Of a DNA stretch of 64,000 bases, positions 14,093 through 27,460 are shown in pieces. The DNA is taken from positions 45,501 through 109,500 of the forward strand of contig NMRA01000774.1 of NCBI GenBank assembly GCA_002633005.1, written 5' to 3'. Under the pieces are notes generated by a model. It saw nothing but the letters and a program-made list of their open reading frames with translations, was not told where the DNA came from and did not search any database. Positions within the stretch are counted from its first letter, which is position 1, and each line of letters opens with the position of its first letter. The position numbers and the translations under genes were made by a program. The DNA is from Phoronis australis (taxonomy: Eukaryota > Animalia > Phoronida).

Positions 14093-14790
14093 GATGGAGA
14101 ACACTTAGAGCGCAGAAACGGTGAAGATACATCCGATAAATGCGTTAAAGTTAGATAAGTCGAAAGCCAAGGCGGCTTTCACCAGTAAAAGGAGACAGTT
14201 GTCTAATTTGAGGAGAATGAATTCGATGACATAAATCACTTGTGCGAGTTAGTAAAGCAATTGAAATTCGAAGCGCAACAAGTGTGCAGTAAATTAGGAG
14301 GTCTTTATATCGAAACGGACAAATCGCAGTATGAGAAAACACAATCGGAAATAAAACAACTGGAAAACGAAGAAGGTGAGGCAAGCAAGCACGTTGAAAC
14401 TTACATAGATGGTAAGGTTATTAATAGATCACCTTTCAGTGGACTAAACACTATGATTCCAAATACTACAACTGAAAGTGAACACAGTGAAGTAAGCCCA
14501 TCTGCAACTACTGCCAGTTACGTGGGAATTGTTGAAACGGGTTTCAATACCGCTATTTTCTGTAGATACCAAAAAATATGCAAACTGGAAAGCCGCTTTC
14601 TTCGCATGTGCTGACACAACCAGTGCAACAGAGGAGTATAAATTGCTCCAACTTCGTCAATATCTGTCAGGAGAATCCCTTAAACTAATCGAAAGCCTGG
14701 CTCGTAATGCGACGGCCTGTTAAACTGAATTAGCGAAAGAACGCCTTGATAGAAAATATGGAGGCAAACGCAGAAAGATAGTTGAGATCG
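14093..14790 (+). mobile_element. BEL/Pao LTR-retrotransposon gag fragment (DUF1759-like)
   Basis: KSKAKAAFTSKRRQL, then LKRVSIPLFSVDTKKYANWKAAFFAC...EYKLLQLRQYLSGESLKLIESL...AKERLDRKYGGKRR, with frameshifts and stops. Confidence 0.85.
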
Positions 14791-14828
14791 GTGAGCATTT
14801 AAAAACAGACTGTGTAGGTACAGTAGAA

Positions 14829-14925
14829 TCGAGATCTCTAGATAATTAAGTCGGGATCTCGGTATCTTGAGATCCCGAGATAGTTAAGACGGGATCTCGA
14901 TATAATGAGATCATGAGATAGTAAA
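14829..14925. repeat. Short tandem of about 36-bp self-complementary GAGATC-containing units
   Basis: GAGATCTCTAGATAATTAAGTCGGGATCTC / GAGATCCCGAGATAGTTAAGACGGGATCTC / GAGATCATGAGATAGT. Confidence 0.6.
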
Positions 14926-15009
14926 GTAATGCGCTATGTCAGCTTTAGGCCACCGTAGACTCTGCATCACAGCACAATCTTAATTTCTGTATGTAAACAT
15001 GCTATGCGA

Positions 15010-18000
15010 TAGCCCAATCATTCTACGGGTGACCCGGAAGTAATTGCACTAGAAGGTTTTATTGCATAAATCATATCCCCTCAAACCCCTTAGCGTGAGA
15101 AAAAGTCTACCGGAATCGGAGTTGGGAAAGTTGTTTTTTTAAGATGGCCGCCAGATTTGCATTGACCATTATAACTCAAGGGTGAAGTGTGACAGAGTAA
15201 AACTTCAAGAAGGTTTACGTATCTTTGTGGGTCAACACATCCATTGAAAATAGTTTTGCATGGCTGCGGTGACACCGTCCGCCCTTTTCCAAGATGGCCG
15301 TCGAAACCTCTTCGAGTCACACAACTTTGCACGAACAGATTGGTGTCGTATTGATTTAAACGATCCATCACAAGTTTTCTGGGTCGACTAATCAATTGAG
15401 ACTGATTGCGTTTGGCTCTAATGGTTACTTCCCCCATTTTCTAAGATGGCCACCAAATAGTTGCTAATTCGTGTAACAACTTAAAATTTCAGAGACACGC
15501 CATCTTCACAGATTTCATATCCTGAGGTTATATGGTCAGCATGTCAATTGAAATTATTTTTGTCTGGCTCTGATTTGTACCACTATCATTTTCAAGATTG
15601 TTAAACAAATAACAGGTTCGCCTGGACTGAAGGGTCATTCTTCTGAAATAAAATGGGCGGTATCGAAAATAATTCTCTGCGATCAATTTAGTAATCTACT
15701 ATCCACATCAATTGACTGTCTGTGTCACCTCCAGTTAGCTGTAAATACAAGTTAAACAGTTTATAAGCGCTTGTACAGCTCCCACTAGGCATCTCTTTAT
15801 TGATGTTACACGTGTGTCCGAAGCAGTAATTCTGTCTGTGATCAAGATCTATAACACTCAATAATTATTTACGCAACAAATCTCTTTCATCTGAGAATGA
15901 ATTGCTGCAGCTTATAGCACTGCATTCTCCATATGCAACAGAGCACGCAATCTTAACTTCTTGCGAGTATATCTCTTGGCACTGCACTTGGTCTTGCACG
16001 ACCATCTTACTATCAGCAGGTTCTCTGGTGCTTCTGGCTGATCGGTCGTCATGGGAATGGGTTTTCCACCGGCCAGCAACCATCCCAAATCCAGCAGGTC
16101 TAGGTCACTGCCACGGATACTTGAGTACTCTTGCTCCTGTCCTGGCAGCATTGAATTTACCTGCTGAAGCAGTTGGTGATAATGACTGGGGCTACGCGTG
16201 ATGACATCTTTTCCACAAACCATCTTCATCGCAAGGCATCCAAATTCCCAGAGCCAGTATCGCCAGAAAGGAAAACTCTTTCACCAGCTTCAAATATGTC
16301 CTGCTGCAGCTGCATAGGTCTGGTAAATACTCTAGCGTTTTAGAAGAATTCTCTATCACGTAGTTTCTTGAATGCAAGAGCCTTGCCAATCCCGAACAGC
16401 CGTGTTGTTGTATCTCAACCACATATTGCATGCGCAAATGGCAAAAGCGCGCAAGTTTCGGCAACAAAAAAGAGCTGTAGTTTCTTGATGTCCCAGACTC
16501 CCCTCTTGTTTTGGAGTCTCTTGTCAAATTTCATGAATAATGGAAATTAATGTGACGTAGCATGGCAACAGAAACGAACAAACAAGACAACGTATCGTCT
16601 GTAATGAGGTTAGTAGGACCTTGTGCTGCTTTCTCTACTGTTGTTTCTACAATTAAAACATCTGTCACATTGAGCTTGTACACTGTGCAACCAGCATTTC
16701 GAGAAGGAATGAATGAATCGTTGTTTGTTTTTGCTGTTTTCTTTGATTTGATCACTATGACATGAACTTCAGTTTCAACCACCCCACCCAGTCGTCGAAA
16801 ATGGGATGCATCTGTAAGTGATGGGCCACCTCCACAACTGTCAAAACCAACAGTGAGCTGGGTGTACTTGTTGACGTAATCCACATAAGCTCTACCAACT
16901 AACTGACTGAAACGTTGACCCTCTAGGTCATAGAATACAGTGAAGGGGAGAACCGCTGTCGATTGCATGCCTCGCCGTGTTTTCTGCAAATTGGTAATCT
17001 TCAGGTAGGACGTGCTCCACTGGATCAGAGTGCATCAGCCCAGCCACTCTGGGTAGACCAGATGTATCAAAAAGAGCGGGGGAACCAACACACAACTCAA
17101 ACTTCAAAAGGCTTGATAAACATTCACTATTGTCTTTTGCAGCTGTCAGTAATCGCCGAAATAGCAGTTGTGGAACCACTTGTGTAAAGTCACTATTGGC
17201 AACTTGAACTAGTGCACTTGTCATTGCCACAACCTGTGAAGTCTTTTACACTGGACCCCTCTAGAGACAAGAAAATTGCCTTCCCCGCTTCTCTGGTACT
17301 TTCGGCATTGGCAGATGTGCATGCAGTCACAGCAGTGTCGATGTTCTGTAATCTCCTTCAAATGGGGATCTGCTGCGGAGGAATGCAACAAGGCTGAGGG
17401 TGTCTTCGTCATCTCGCGACTGTCTTGCCAGGGTACATTCTTTATGCTACTCACTTGTTTCGCAACCCAAGTTTGTCATACTCCGCATAACGCCATTTAT
17501 ACTTGAGCATGTATGCCAGCATGGAAAGCAGCTACAGTGCATGTTGCGTATCTCCCGTCCCGCAACCTGTAGTTAAACCTCCTGATGATTTAATGTTTTT
17601 TATGAGCGTTTGTTCAATTACAAGGTCAGATGACAAGCCTGCCCGGAATCTGTCACTTAGTGTTATGGCATGGTGGCCGTTAATAAAGGTGCGGTAGACG
17701 TCTGGATGGGTGTCTTTGAGTTGGAGCATATCTTCTGAAAGTATATGTTTGCAGATTTTGCTTATGAGATGTGACCAGCAGCTGCAAACTACGACAGCAT
17801 ATTAGGAACTACTTTTAGGTGAAGTTCCAAATCTGACGTTATTTCTGCTTTTAGAAAAAATCGAATGATGTCATCCATTTTCATATATTGTAGCCAGAGA
17901 CTGCTGTAACCCCTTTGCAAAGACAAGTCGGATTTATGTGCTGCGCTTTTTATGGATTCCTACAAGACACTCCGACAAGCATACATTGCCGCACATAGAC

Positions 18001-21000
18001 GCCATGCCACCAAGTTAAAGGTCATCATACAGGCTTAAGACCAGCTTTCAAATCATCACCAAGTATATCAGTGGCCGTTGATTCTTATGGCAAACCACGA
18101 TGCTGTCACTGCAAATTCTGAAGACCTACATGTATACTCTGATTCAGTCCTGTTGGACAGTGGCAGTATGTCGGAAGCCAGAAGTGAACTCTCGTCAGTG
18201 TATTCCACTATAATCTAAGGTTCAGAATCGGAAGACACTGCCTGTGCATTGCATTTCCTAGTGTATACATATATAGTTATGTGATCAGTTGGGATATCTG
18301 AAGAATCTGTTTCCATATATTCTGACGAGCTAACGTTTGTGTACAAGCATTGAATTGCTCTACCTCTTTGCACGGAATCTGTGCTCTGTGTTGGTGACAT
18401 TCGGTATTCTTGGAATTTCTGAAGAACCGGAACTTCTTTCTTGATATCCTGAAGTCATTGGTTCTGGATTGGCGTTATTTTATCTGTCACATATAGTGAA
18501 TAATACGCTCACAAGGAAGTAACACCTTTCTAAAGATATGCAGGAATTTCCACCGCTCGTCCTTCTGAGCGGCTTTTATCAGGATCAAAGAGAGAGGGGC
18601 GCCGGAGTCCGGTACAGTTGTGATGACCGTATTGCACGAAGCGAGTAAGACCCAATTAAGTGTAATTACGCAACCATAAGCTGCATTAAACATCTCTGAT
18701 TGTACATAGCGGTAAATTTAGAAAAAAAAATGCGTTAACCACTACTTTTAGTTAAAACGAATACCACGGAGGCATTGAGCTGGAAAAAACAACCAAATAC
18801 GGTTTTTGATTTTTAAAAATCGATGAACTAATAATCTAAAAACTACAACCATTGGGTACGATTGAAGATGAATTACCGCGCGTATTGATATATTGGGTGG
18901 TTATACAAACGCTGGTCAGAGGTAACAATATCACATGGATTCAATTTTTAATATTCTTTGAAGCTCGTTTAATCAGATTTTAGATCGGGAAACAGTTGTA
19001 CTTAACTTGTTCGCACTTTTCATTTTCATTACCGACAAAGAGTTTTATAGTCGGTGGCCACTGAACTTGTCCAAAGATTCCAAATCTTCAGTTCTAGTTA
19101 TGACCTTAATTTGAGTTCTAATGACGATTAAAATTTAATGACACGTAAAATGTTCAGTGTAGGCCTACCTGTAATGTGGAAAGTTCAGGGATGTGGTCAC
19201 AATGAACTACGTTTCGCTGGCGATCAAAATCTACCACTGCTTAGGTACTTCAAGTTTAAAACTTGATAAGTTATCAACCCGTTTCCGGTAAGAAAAAAGA
19301 ACAACTGGGCAGAAGCATTAAAAATTAAATGACGAAAACCAGTAAGAAACATATCGTTCCTTTGGGAAGTGGCCCTTTGTGAAGATAAACACAGGTTAAC
19401 ATTTTTATTTATTTTGTAATATTTATAATGTACCAAGTTAAAACCACTCTCCAGAGTTGCAGGCTGTAACTCTGCAAATTTCAGAGAAAACCATATTAGG
19501 GGTACTAACAATAACCATTGTTGAGACAGTTAATGCTAGCTATTACATTTGCACTTCATTAGCTCAGATCTACATCAATACAAAGGGCGTGCTGAGTAGG
19601 CATCGTACAAGTTGTCTGGGGATAAGGGAATCTGAGCGGTGACCAGTGTAAGCGAGGAATTCTCCACATGAATATTTGGAAGTGGGATGTTCAATGCTGT
19701 GGCTGTGATGATAGCATTCAGTGTTGAGTCTACCAACATATGCCCCCTCCCTGCTCTATCCACACTTTTTCAATTTAACATATGGATCATACTGTTTGGT
19801 GCATACAATGTGTCAAGAACTAGAAAAATGTTGCCTGACATTACGTATCCAATAAATCCCAGAAATCTCATCTCAGTATGAAATCCGCCAAGTCTGGCTA
19901 AGAACAAGTGACCGCAGATCATTGCCGTTTGTTTTGCTGGGACTAATTCCCTCTCAAATCAGTTCCGTTACCTATGTTCATAAAAAGCCTGAATATTACA
20001 CCAATATTGAATACTAAATGGTGAACATTTAGTTATTAACTTTTTCACACAAATTTATGTATTTTTCATCAAATTGAGGTGAAATCGGCTGCCAGATTCT
20101 CCACTCATGTCAGTAGCAGGCGAAATCTTTGCATAGAAACAACTGGTAATTTCTCCAATTGCAAAGAGCAAAGTCACTTCTTGCCCGATGTGATTCAGAG
20201 TTTGTGTACTGAATAAACCAATAATGCCATCAGAATTACATATTCTTCTAAAAAATAATATTTTTGATGCCACAAATAAATATATTTTACAGAGAATTAA
20301 TTGAGTGTGTTCAATTCATTATGAAAAGTTAACTAAAGCCTTTCCGAAAAACACCAAATTTTACATTAAATAATCTAAAGTGTTGCTAAAAATCCACATT
20401 TAGTACCTTCATCTTAATAACAAACTTTATAAAGAATCAACTCATTAGGCCCAACTATAGATTGTAAAGTGCTTTCGTGTAAATGCTTCTCGGGTTATAA
20501 ACAAAGTTTGCAAAATGCACATGCGGTAAATTTGAAATTTCTGGGAGTTGACGGCCATTTTGTCAGCCATCTTGATGTTTTTCTCTCCAATCAGTGACAA
20601 TCTGTAAGGTCCAGATATTTTTCAATTGTCTAACTTAAAATGCTTAAAAAATTTGCCATGTTAAGGGCAAAATATGAAAAGAAATTTTGCAATATGTACT
20701 AAATTGTCGTTTCGGCCGCTATTTTATAGACCATATTGGTTTTATTTTACGGAAAATTGGAATCTTTTGATTGATTGCCTGTTATGAAAAGAATATAACC
20801 AATGACAAGCTTTACTGTATTATTTTGAGCTGTTTCTTAAGAGTAACATGCCAAAAAAGCAGTAAACTCCGGTTTTGGGGCCATTTTTCCGCCATCTTAA
20901 AAAACCGACTTCCACCATTCCGATCTCAGTAAACTTTTTTTCTGTCACCAAGGGATGTTTGAATATGTCATTTATGCAAAAAAAAACCTTCTGTTGCATT

Positions 21001-21043
21001 TTTTCTAGGTTGGGCCCTCTGAAGACCTAGAATGACTGGACTA
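15010..21043 (-). mobile_element. Academ (AcademX-type) DNA transposon relic, about 6 kb
   Basis: TAGCCCAATCATTCTA... at 15010 and ...TAGAATGACTGGACTA ending at 21043 form diverged TIRs of roughly 140 bp with TAG/CTA termini. They enclose a transposase pseudogene. Confidence 0.75.
15865..20270 (-). pseudogene. Academ transposase / XPG-like nuclease / Cys-rich C-terminus pseudogene
   Basis: RLGGFHTEMRFLGFIG...RGHMLVDSTLNA (19690-19950); LWLQYM...FAAAGH; GHHAITLSDRFRAGLSSDLVIEQTL..SSGGLT; TVGFDS..GPS and TDVLIVET (PIN/XPG-like); GWLL..P.TTDQPEAPENLL...CK..C at the C-terminus. Confidence 0.8.
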
Positions 21044-21411
21044 CTATGAAATGGACAACAGAAATAAAGTCGGTGTTCAAAGAGCGCTGTGAGCACAAGA
21101 TCGAAACGGCGAAAAGTCAAATTACTCATGTAATTAAAGAATTTGGATGGAGGTTTATTCCTTTTCACAACCTGTTGTGCTCGTGAACACAATGTCTCAC
21201 CAACTTCGCCGCATCCGCTCTAAATGGTTTTATGCACGCAGACACACAACTCACTCAGGCTACAAATAATGGTTTCTATTTATTTTCTGTGTCACCTTGC
21301 TATGCTATGAACACTTCGTTGACTTGATAATGAAAGGACCGTGGTTATATGAGCCTTGCAGAACATTCGATGTGAGCGACAACTCTCTATTATTTGAACT
21401 TGTGCTGTTAA

Positions 21412-22592
21412 AGGCGAAGGCAACCTTTTTCCATGTCATTTTGAGCTAAAATAAGGCTGGTTGGTTATCCTAGACATATTTTCCACTTAATTACAGCTTT
21501 TCGTAATTTTATAAATTACTCGTCCGCTACTCCGGAAGTGACGTTTTAGGAGGCAAGCGTTTCCCGCCATTTGGTTTTGCGTNNNNNNNNNNNNNNNNNN
21601 NNNNNNNNNNNNNNNNNNNNNNNNNNNNNNNNNNNNNNNNNNNNNNNNNNNNNNNNNNNNNNNNNNNNNNNNNNNNNNNNNNNNNNNNNNNNNNNNNNNN
21701 NNNNNNNNNNNNNNNNNNNNNNNNNNNNNNNNNNNNNNNNNNNNNNNNNNNNNNNNNNNNNNNNNNNNNNNNNNNNNNNNNNNNNNNNNNNNNNNNNNNN
21801 NNNNNNNNNNNNNNNNNNNNNNNNNNNNNNNNNNNNNNNNNNNNNNNNNNNNNNNNNNNNNNNNNNNNNNNNNNNNNNNNNNNNNNNNNNNNNNNNNNNN
21901 NNNNNNNNNNNNNNNNNNNNNNNNNNNNNNNNNNNNNNNNNNNNNNNNNNNNNNNNNNNNNNNNNNNNNNNNNNNNNNNNNNNNNNNNNNNNNNNNNNNN
22001 NNNNNNNNNNNNNNNNNNNNNNNNNNNNNNNNNNNNNNNNNNNNNNNNNNNNNNNNNNNNNNNNNNNNNNNNNNNNNNNNNNNNNNNNNNNNNNNNNNNN
22101 NNNNNNNNNNNNNNNNNNNNNNNNNNNNNNNNNNNNNNNNNNNNNNNNNACACACGGTAATTCTCCACTGCTTTGTACGTTGCGTGGACGGGTAACGCTG
22201 CGTTCTTCACACGAACGAGCCAAGTACGGCGAAGTGTGTCATCCATCGGAAAGCGATGCAAAGGTACTCCCAAAGCGCGTGTGAGCCGATAATTAGTACA
22301 TCCTGGTACGCAGCAACAGTGTGGCATGTTGAATGACTAGTAAATGAAAGCAAACGACGACGGAACTTAACACAACCGAGGTAGAACAATGACTTACTCG
22401 GCATCTCTCACAGTCAGACTATATGAAAAGAAATTGGCGCGAAATGCCTGCCTCCTAAAACATCACTTCCGGAGTAGCGGACGAGTAATTAATAAAATTA
22501 CGAAAAGCTGTAATTAAGTGGAAAATATGTCTAGGATAACCAACCAACCTTATTTTAGCTCAAAATGACATGGAAAAAGGTTGCCTTCGCCT
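21412..22592 (-). mobile_element. Kolobok element family B, copy 1 (THAP-encoding), interior in an assembly gap
   Basis: TTAA|AGGCGAAGGCAACC...GGTTGCCTTCGCCT|TTAA with TIRs of about 150 bp. THAP start [12 protein letters not shown]...HRFP...W at 22327 (-). Near-identical to 44493-46180. Confidence 0.85.
21583..22149. other. Assembly gap (567 N)
   Basis: Run of N. Confidence 1.
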
Positions 22593-23659
22593 TTAAATTC
22601 GGTTGAAGGTGCTTCTGCTAAATCTTTTTGTTTTTCACTACACGATATGTATTTCCTATTTCCAGTTCCCCGAGAATGAAGATGTGGCATTTTGCTAGTC
22701 ATATGCGACATATTATACAACGTGCCAATTTTTGTGAATAGGATTTGTTAAAACCTTGAGCGACTTGGGTCATGTCTCAGAACGACCTTTCATTTTTTTC
22801 TAAAACCGATCCATCGTTTCATTTCTGAGTAAAGAAAATGATGAGACCGATTGTGTTACAAGTAACCTCAATAAAAAAATTGTTGTTTTTTGTCAGAATA
22901 TGCATGGTTTACTTCCCCATTAAAATGCACACTTTTCCTTATTAACAATCGCAGGCTCCGTGCCAACTCCGACGGATGATTTCTACGCCTCAGCCAGTGA
23001 TGTAAATTCATGTACATGTATAAGTTATCTCACTTAGAGTGCATGGGAATACCACTGCCAATCCCATGAGAATTCATTTTATCTAGGAATGTCCAAACGG
23101 GACCGAAAGTTTTCCCATATATCCTCGAACTCGTTGGTATCGCGTGGATATCTTGTTGCTATGTGCTTCTTTCTCGTTGTTATTCGACATCTTATGTATG
23201 CGCACCCGCACCGGTTAAGCGACAAGGTTTTGAAAATTAAATCGGCTCTATTCAATAACTAGTCTAGTTTTATTCCAGAACAAATTGATAAAAATTTTCA
23301 GTTGTAAAATATACAATTTTAAACCATGAATTATCCAATAACAGTTAATATTTAGTCGGAATTCTAAGTATTCCATCCGAGAACGTAGAATTTAAATCGT
23401 TTGTAAATTAAGCGGTGTCGTCTAGCTATCTGTCTTCGATAATTTCTTAGTTTTTTGGGTCTGGAATGGTAATACTGATGGAGATATTTCCGTCGTTGAT
23501 TACAGTATCGTACAATGGAGATGGAAACTGAGTGTGTTTAGGTGGCTGTCTTGCGAAGCTTGAGGTAAGGTCGGTATGATGTGCTGTACTTTCAACTGGC
23601 CGAGCTGTTATTATGGCTGAAGTGGTGGAGATAGTATCAGTTGCTCTGCCGTGAGCTTA

Positions 23660-24207
23660 TGCCATGCCCATTTTCGTATGCTGTGCGATATCCGCTCTGG
23701 TGTAATTGTTTAAGGAAAGGAAGTTAATATGAAAAGTTAGTTGTATGTATTTTATTATTTAGTGATGTTCCAGATTTCACGAGGCGTTGACATGCAGTTT
23801 TGCGCAGACTGTGGTTTGTTTTTCTCCCTGGCATGTTACCTTGCTCACACACGGTTGACATCATTTTCGAAGGAGTATCAACCGAAACAGATTGCACGGC
23901 AAACCAAAGCCCCGACTTCGTTGTTTTATAATTGCGTTAGATACGAAATGGTGAGTCATCTGTCATCATTTTGAAGGCCTGGTTTGCAAATATTTTTTGT
24001 AATCATCAGTTGGGCAGTTATGCGGATGCTCTGTAGTGGCGAAAATCTTTGGGTTGAATGGCGTGACTTCAGTTTCATCGTTTCCAGTTTTTGTTGTTCT
24101 TTTGTTGAATTCTAAGTATTCGCCGGTGTCTGTACATGTAGATGATTTAGTACGAGATCCCCCACCTCAACTTTCTGTTTTGATCGCACATCCTAAATCC
24201 AAACATC
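23660..24207 (-). pseudogene. Crypton tyrosine recombinase (DUF3504-like), C-terminal half
   Basis: MFGFRMCDQNRKLRWGDLVL; GEYLEFNKRTTKTG...FNPKIFA...NCP..YKKY..RP..MTDDSPF; WFAVQ...GRKTNHSLRKTACQRL (HxxR box). Frameshifted. Confidence 0.8.
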
Positions 24208-24939
24208 TTAAGAGCATGTTCGCGAATGGACCAGGCAGAGGGTGATAAACGCTATGTCACAGATTCTCTTTATATTTTGTCTGTGAGATGACACTGGCCC
24301 CACTGACTACAGACCACCTATATTTTTTTCAAAACGCCTCCTTTTGGTTTCCATGGATACTATTCGTTTCCGACAAGTTTTCAGCCTGGCGGCAGTTAAA
24401 TTTTAGTAAAATTCCGACAGTTACGTTACGCAGTGGAAGTAACGTTGAAATATTGAACCTGTGTTATTGATCAGGTGTGACCTTCGATTACTTTATTCAT
24501 GAAAATTTAAAAGATTTCGATAATTTTTGTCTGTTTTTAGAGCCGCATAAGATGAGTACTTTTAGTGATTTTTGAAACTGTCAAAATTGGCTAAATTCGT
24601 ATCCCGATACCTCAGCTGGCTCAGGCTTCACAACATTTTAGTGCCAACCAGTGTGTTGAGCTATTTTTTGTCTACAAAATAAGACAAAAAAATTTCCTGG
24701 CGCGAACGGATTTCATGTCATTTGAAGTAAAAAGTGAGGATGATAAAGGCTGCTTTCAGTATAAAGTCCATAAGTACACGACAAGTATTGTATTGTAGCT
24801 TATGTTTTTCCATGACTTCTCAGCAGACAAACAATACACAGCATATAAACTTTGACACTCAGTTCAAAATATAACTTCATGCACATTGGGTTCTAACTGC
24901 TAATTAGTCTTCGAGGTGCTTTAATAGCAAGACTACCAA

Positions 24940-25540
24940 CTTTCTAAGGCAAAATCACATCAGAGATATCTAAATGTGGTATTTGATCTAAGTGCTAATG
25001 GACTGGCTCAAATAGGAGACTCCTATGCTAGTTGTTCAAAATACAGGTGATCTCGCTTACATGTACCTCCTCATCCCAACGGTACACGTAAATCCCCAGT
25101 CTGTATATACAATGTTGGACCACTTTAAAGTAAAAAGTGACATTTAATGCCACCAGAATCTGGTTTAACACTCATTGCCTGGTTAATTTATACAAACTAC
25201 CATGGAAAACACGAGATGTCTAAATGTGTTAAAAGATCTAAATACCAGTGAATTGGCTCAAACATGACACTACTGATGTTAACAATTCAGAATACAGGTG
25301 ACCTCGGCACCTCCCTTAACTCATCATCACATACCGTACAAATAACTCTCATTCTGTAAAAACAATGTTGGAACAGATTAAATTCAAAATGATATTTAAT
25401 GTGACTGTAATCTGGTTTAACAGTGGTCATCCAGTTAAGTGGTACAAAGTAGCATGGAAAAACAAGATATGTAAATATGTTCTTTGATCTAAATGCCAGT
25501 GAATTGGTTCAAGTATGCCTAATTCACTACCTTAACACTC
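24940..25540. repeat. Diverged tandem repeat, unit about 250 bp, about 2.4 copies
   Basis: GAGAT(A/G)TCTAAATGTG..GATCTAA..CCAGTGAATTGGCTCAA-like blocks recur at about 24963, 25213 and 25465. Confidence 0.75.
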
Positions 25541-26999
25541 AGATAAGGCTTCGCATTTTAGTTAAGTGAGATTAAGTGTAATATAAATTTGAAAGATGAA
25601 AACTGAAATGCCAGCATCTTTAAATAAATTGGACAACAAAGTTTCAACCAGAACACTGACTAAACATCCTAAATTTTACTGACAAAATCACAGCTAGTTT
25701 TGCTATATTGCATTTTACATTTATCTCGGTTTCTACAATATCACATCAATAACAACTGGTTAAATCACTCAGACAACGCAACAGATTGTATAATGTTCGA
25801 ACAAAGACGAAATCCGGAGTATTACTGGACATCACTGACTGTCAAGTTCATTATCTCCCTCATTTGACCATTTTCCAGCGCAGTTCAAGACAGCCAAGCG
25901 TGAAAAGAAACCTTTATCCTGTTGTAGTGTCAGCCAGACTTCCTCCCGAAACTGCTCATCCGTCTTCATCGCCTGTGCAGTTTTTGCGGGGTCTGCTTTG
26001 TTGCTCTACTTTCTGAAAAATGACAGGCAGGTTGTAACACTCTCGAATTATACACTTTTTGCAGAACTTTGCGGAGCCCAGCCACTACACAGGTGTGACT
26101 GCCGCAGAGTTATCCAACGATTTTAGCCGAGATAATTCATTTGACCCATGGAGTGTAATATGTAAAACGACCATAATACAACAAGAAAAAACACTGTGGG
26201 TACTTGATTTATTTTTGCCAGTTTGATTGGATTCCTTTGGACAACAAATGGATATCATATCCAGACAACAAATATCAACATAATGGTACTCATAAAACAT
26301 AACGACACGCTATGATTTCCAGAATTACATAATTCACTGACAGCTGAAGTGAAAAGAAATTCCAGCATGCAGGTTGTCAGTTAAAATTGGAATTTATAAT
26401 GCTATAACTACAGCATTCATCAATATATCTATAGAAAAAATACTTCCTGTAATGAACTAAAAAGAAGACGCATAACAACAATATCGGTTGTTGAAAAGTG
26501 AAAGTCAATGAGACATTGCATTTTCCGCTTGCAACAAGTACAGGTCACTAGGTGCACATAATCTCAGACTAAACTTACAACTAACACAAGACGCTACTAG
26601 TAAGTGGACTGAATAGCTCTAGGCTAGCCTAGACTCCAACAACGGCGTCAGGGCAGGTATATCACTGATTTGCCCTTGGGAACACAAGACTGTTAATCAG
26701 TTGTTTACAGTGATGCAGGCTTAGGACTACTAAATTTCACCAGTGTGTACAATAAAAAGCTCTGTCTATACTACATGTTCAAAAACAAGTACTGTTGTTA
26801 CATTTTTGTGGTAAATGCATGGTCACACAGTTTGTGAGGGACCAGTAACTTGCATTGCAGGGTACTGTATTAGAATAACATATGTTGTTTCTAGCGGTGC
26901 TAATTGGTTCTCGAATCATGTATCCACAAAAACTGACTATTACCGCAACAATGCTATCGTGATAATATCAAATTCAAAAAAAGCGGTAGTAGTACTCAC

Positions 27000-27460
27000 C
27001 AGGTCCAACAGGAAAGAACACAAATGCATTGACATTGCTGAGTTCCTGTGAAAGTAAGTTGACTTTAGACATTTCAACCAGCATCCCCACTTCAGGCTTG
27101 GCACGCGAGCAACCACTAATGAAATGGGTGTTTGCAGAGTCTACATGGTTTCCACAGAATTTCAAGATGAGCCCGGTGTCTGCCCTTGCCTTGAACGCAG
27201 TCACACAGGCGTGACACGAGTCCGGTGAACACGCATATGTAAATTGTCCGACTCTCGCCAAAATCAGTTGCCGCAGTCTCTAGGTGCGGTGGTTTGCTAC
27301 TCACTTTATGCCGCATCAAGATTTCACACATGTGCAGAGGACATTCTTTTGAGGTTCCGTACACTTCATCACACTCCATCATACTAGCAGATAACACAGC
27401 AAGTCAGGATTCGCCAACCGGAACCATTTTGCCACCACTAAAGTGACAGCTGTTGTTGGA
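27000..27460 (-). pseudogene. Frameshifted N-terminal exon of the Sola3-like element protein
   Basis: QLILARVGQF / HRAHLEILWKPCRLCKHPFH / EMSK...FPVGP followed by the donor GTGAGT. Similar to exon 453-913. Confidence 0.5.

Noticed and set aside
21487-22327. Long ORFs of 222-266 aa in the ORF track
   Set aside because: They consist mostly of X from the N gap. Only the THAP start at 22327 is real.
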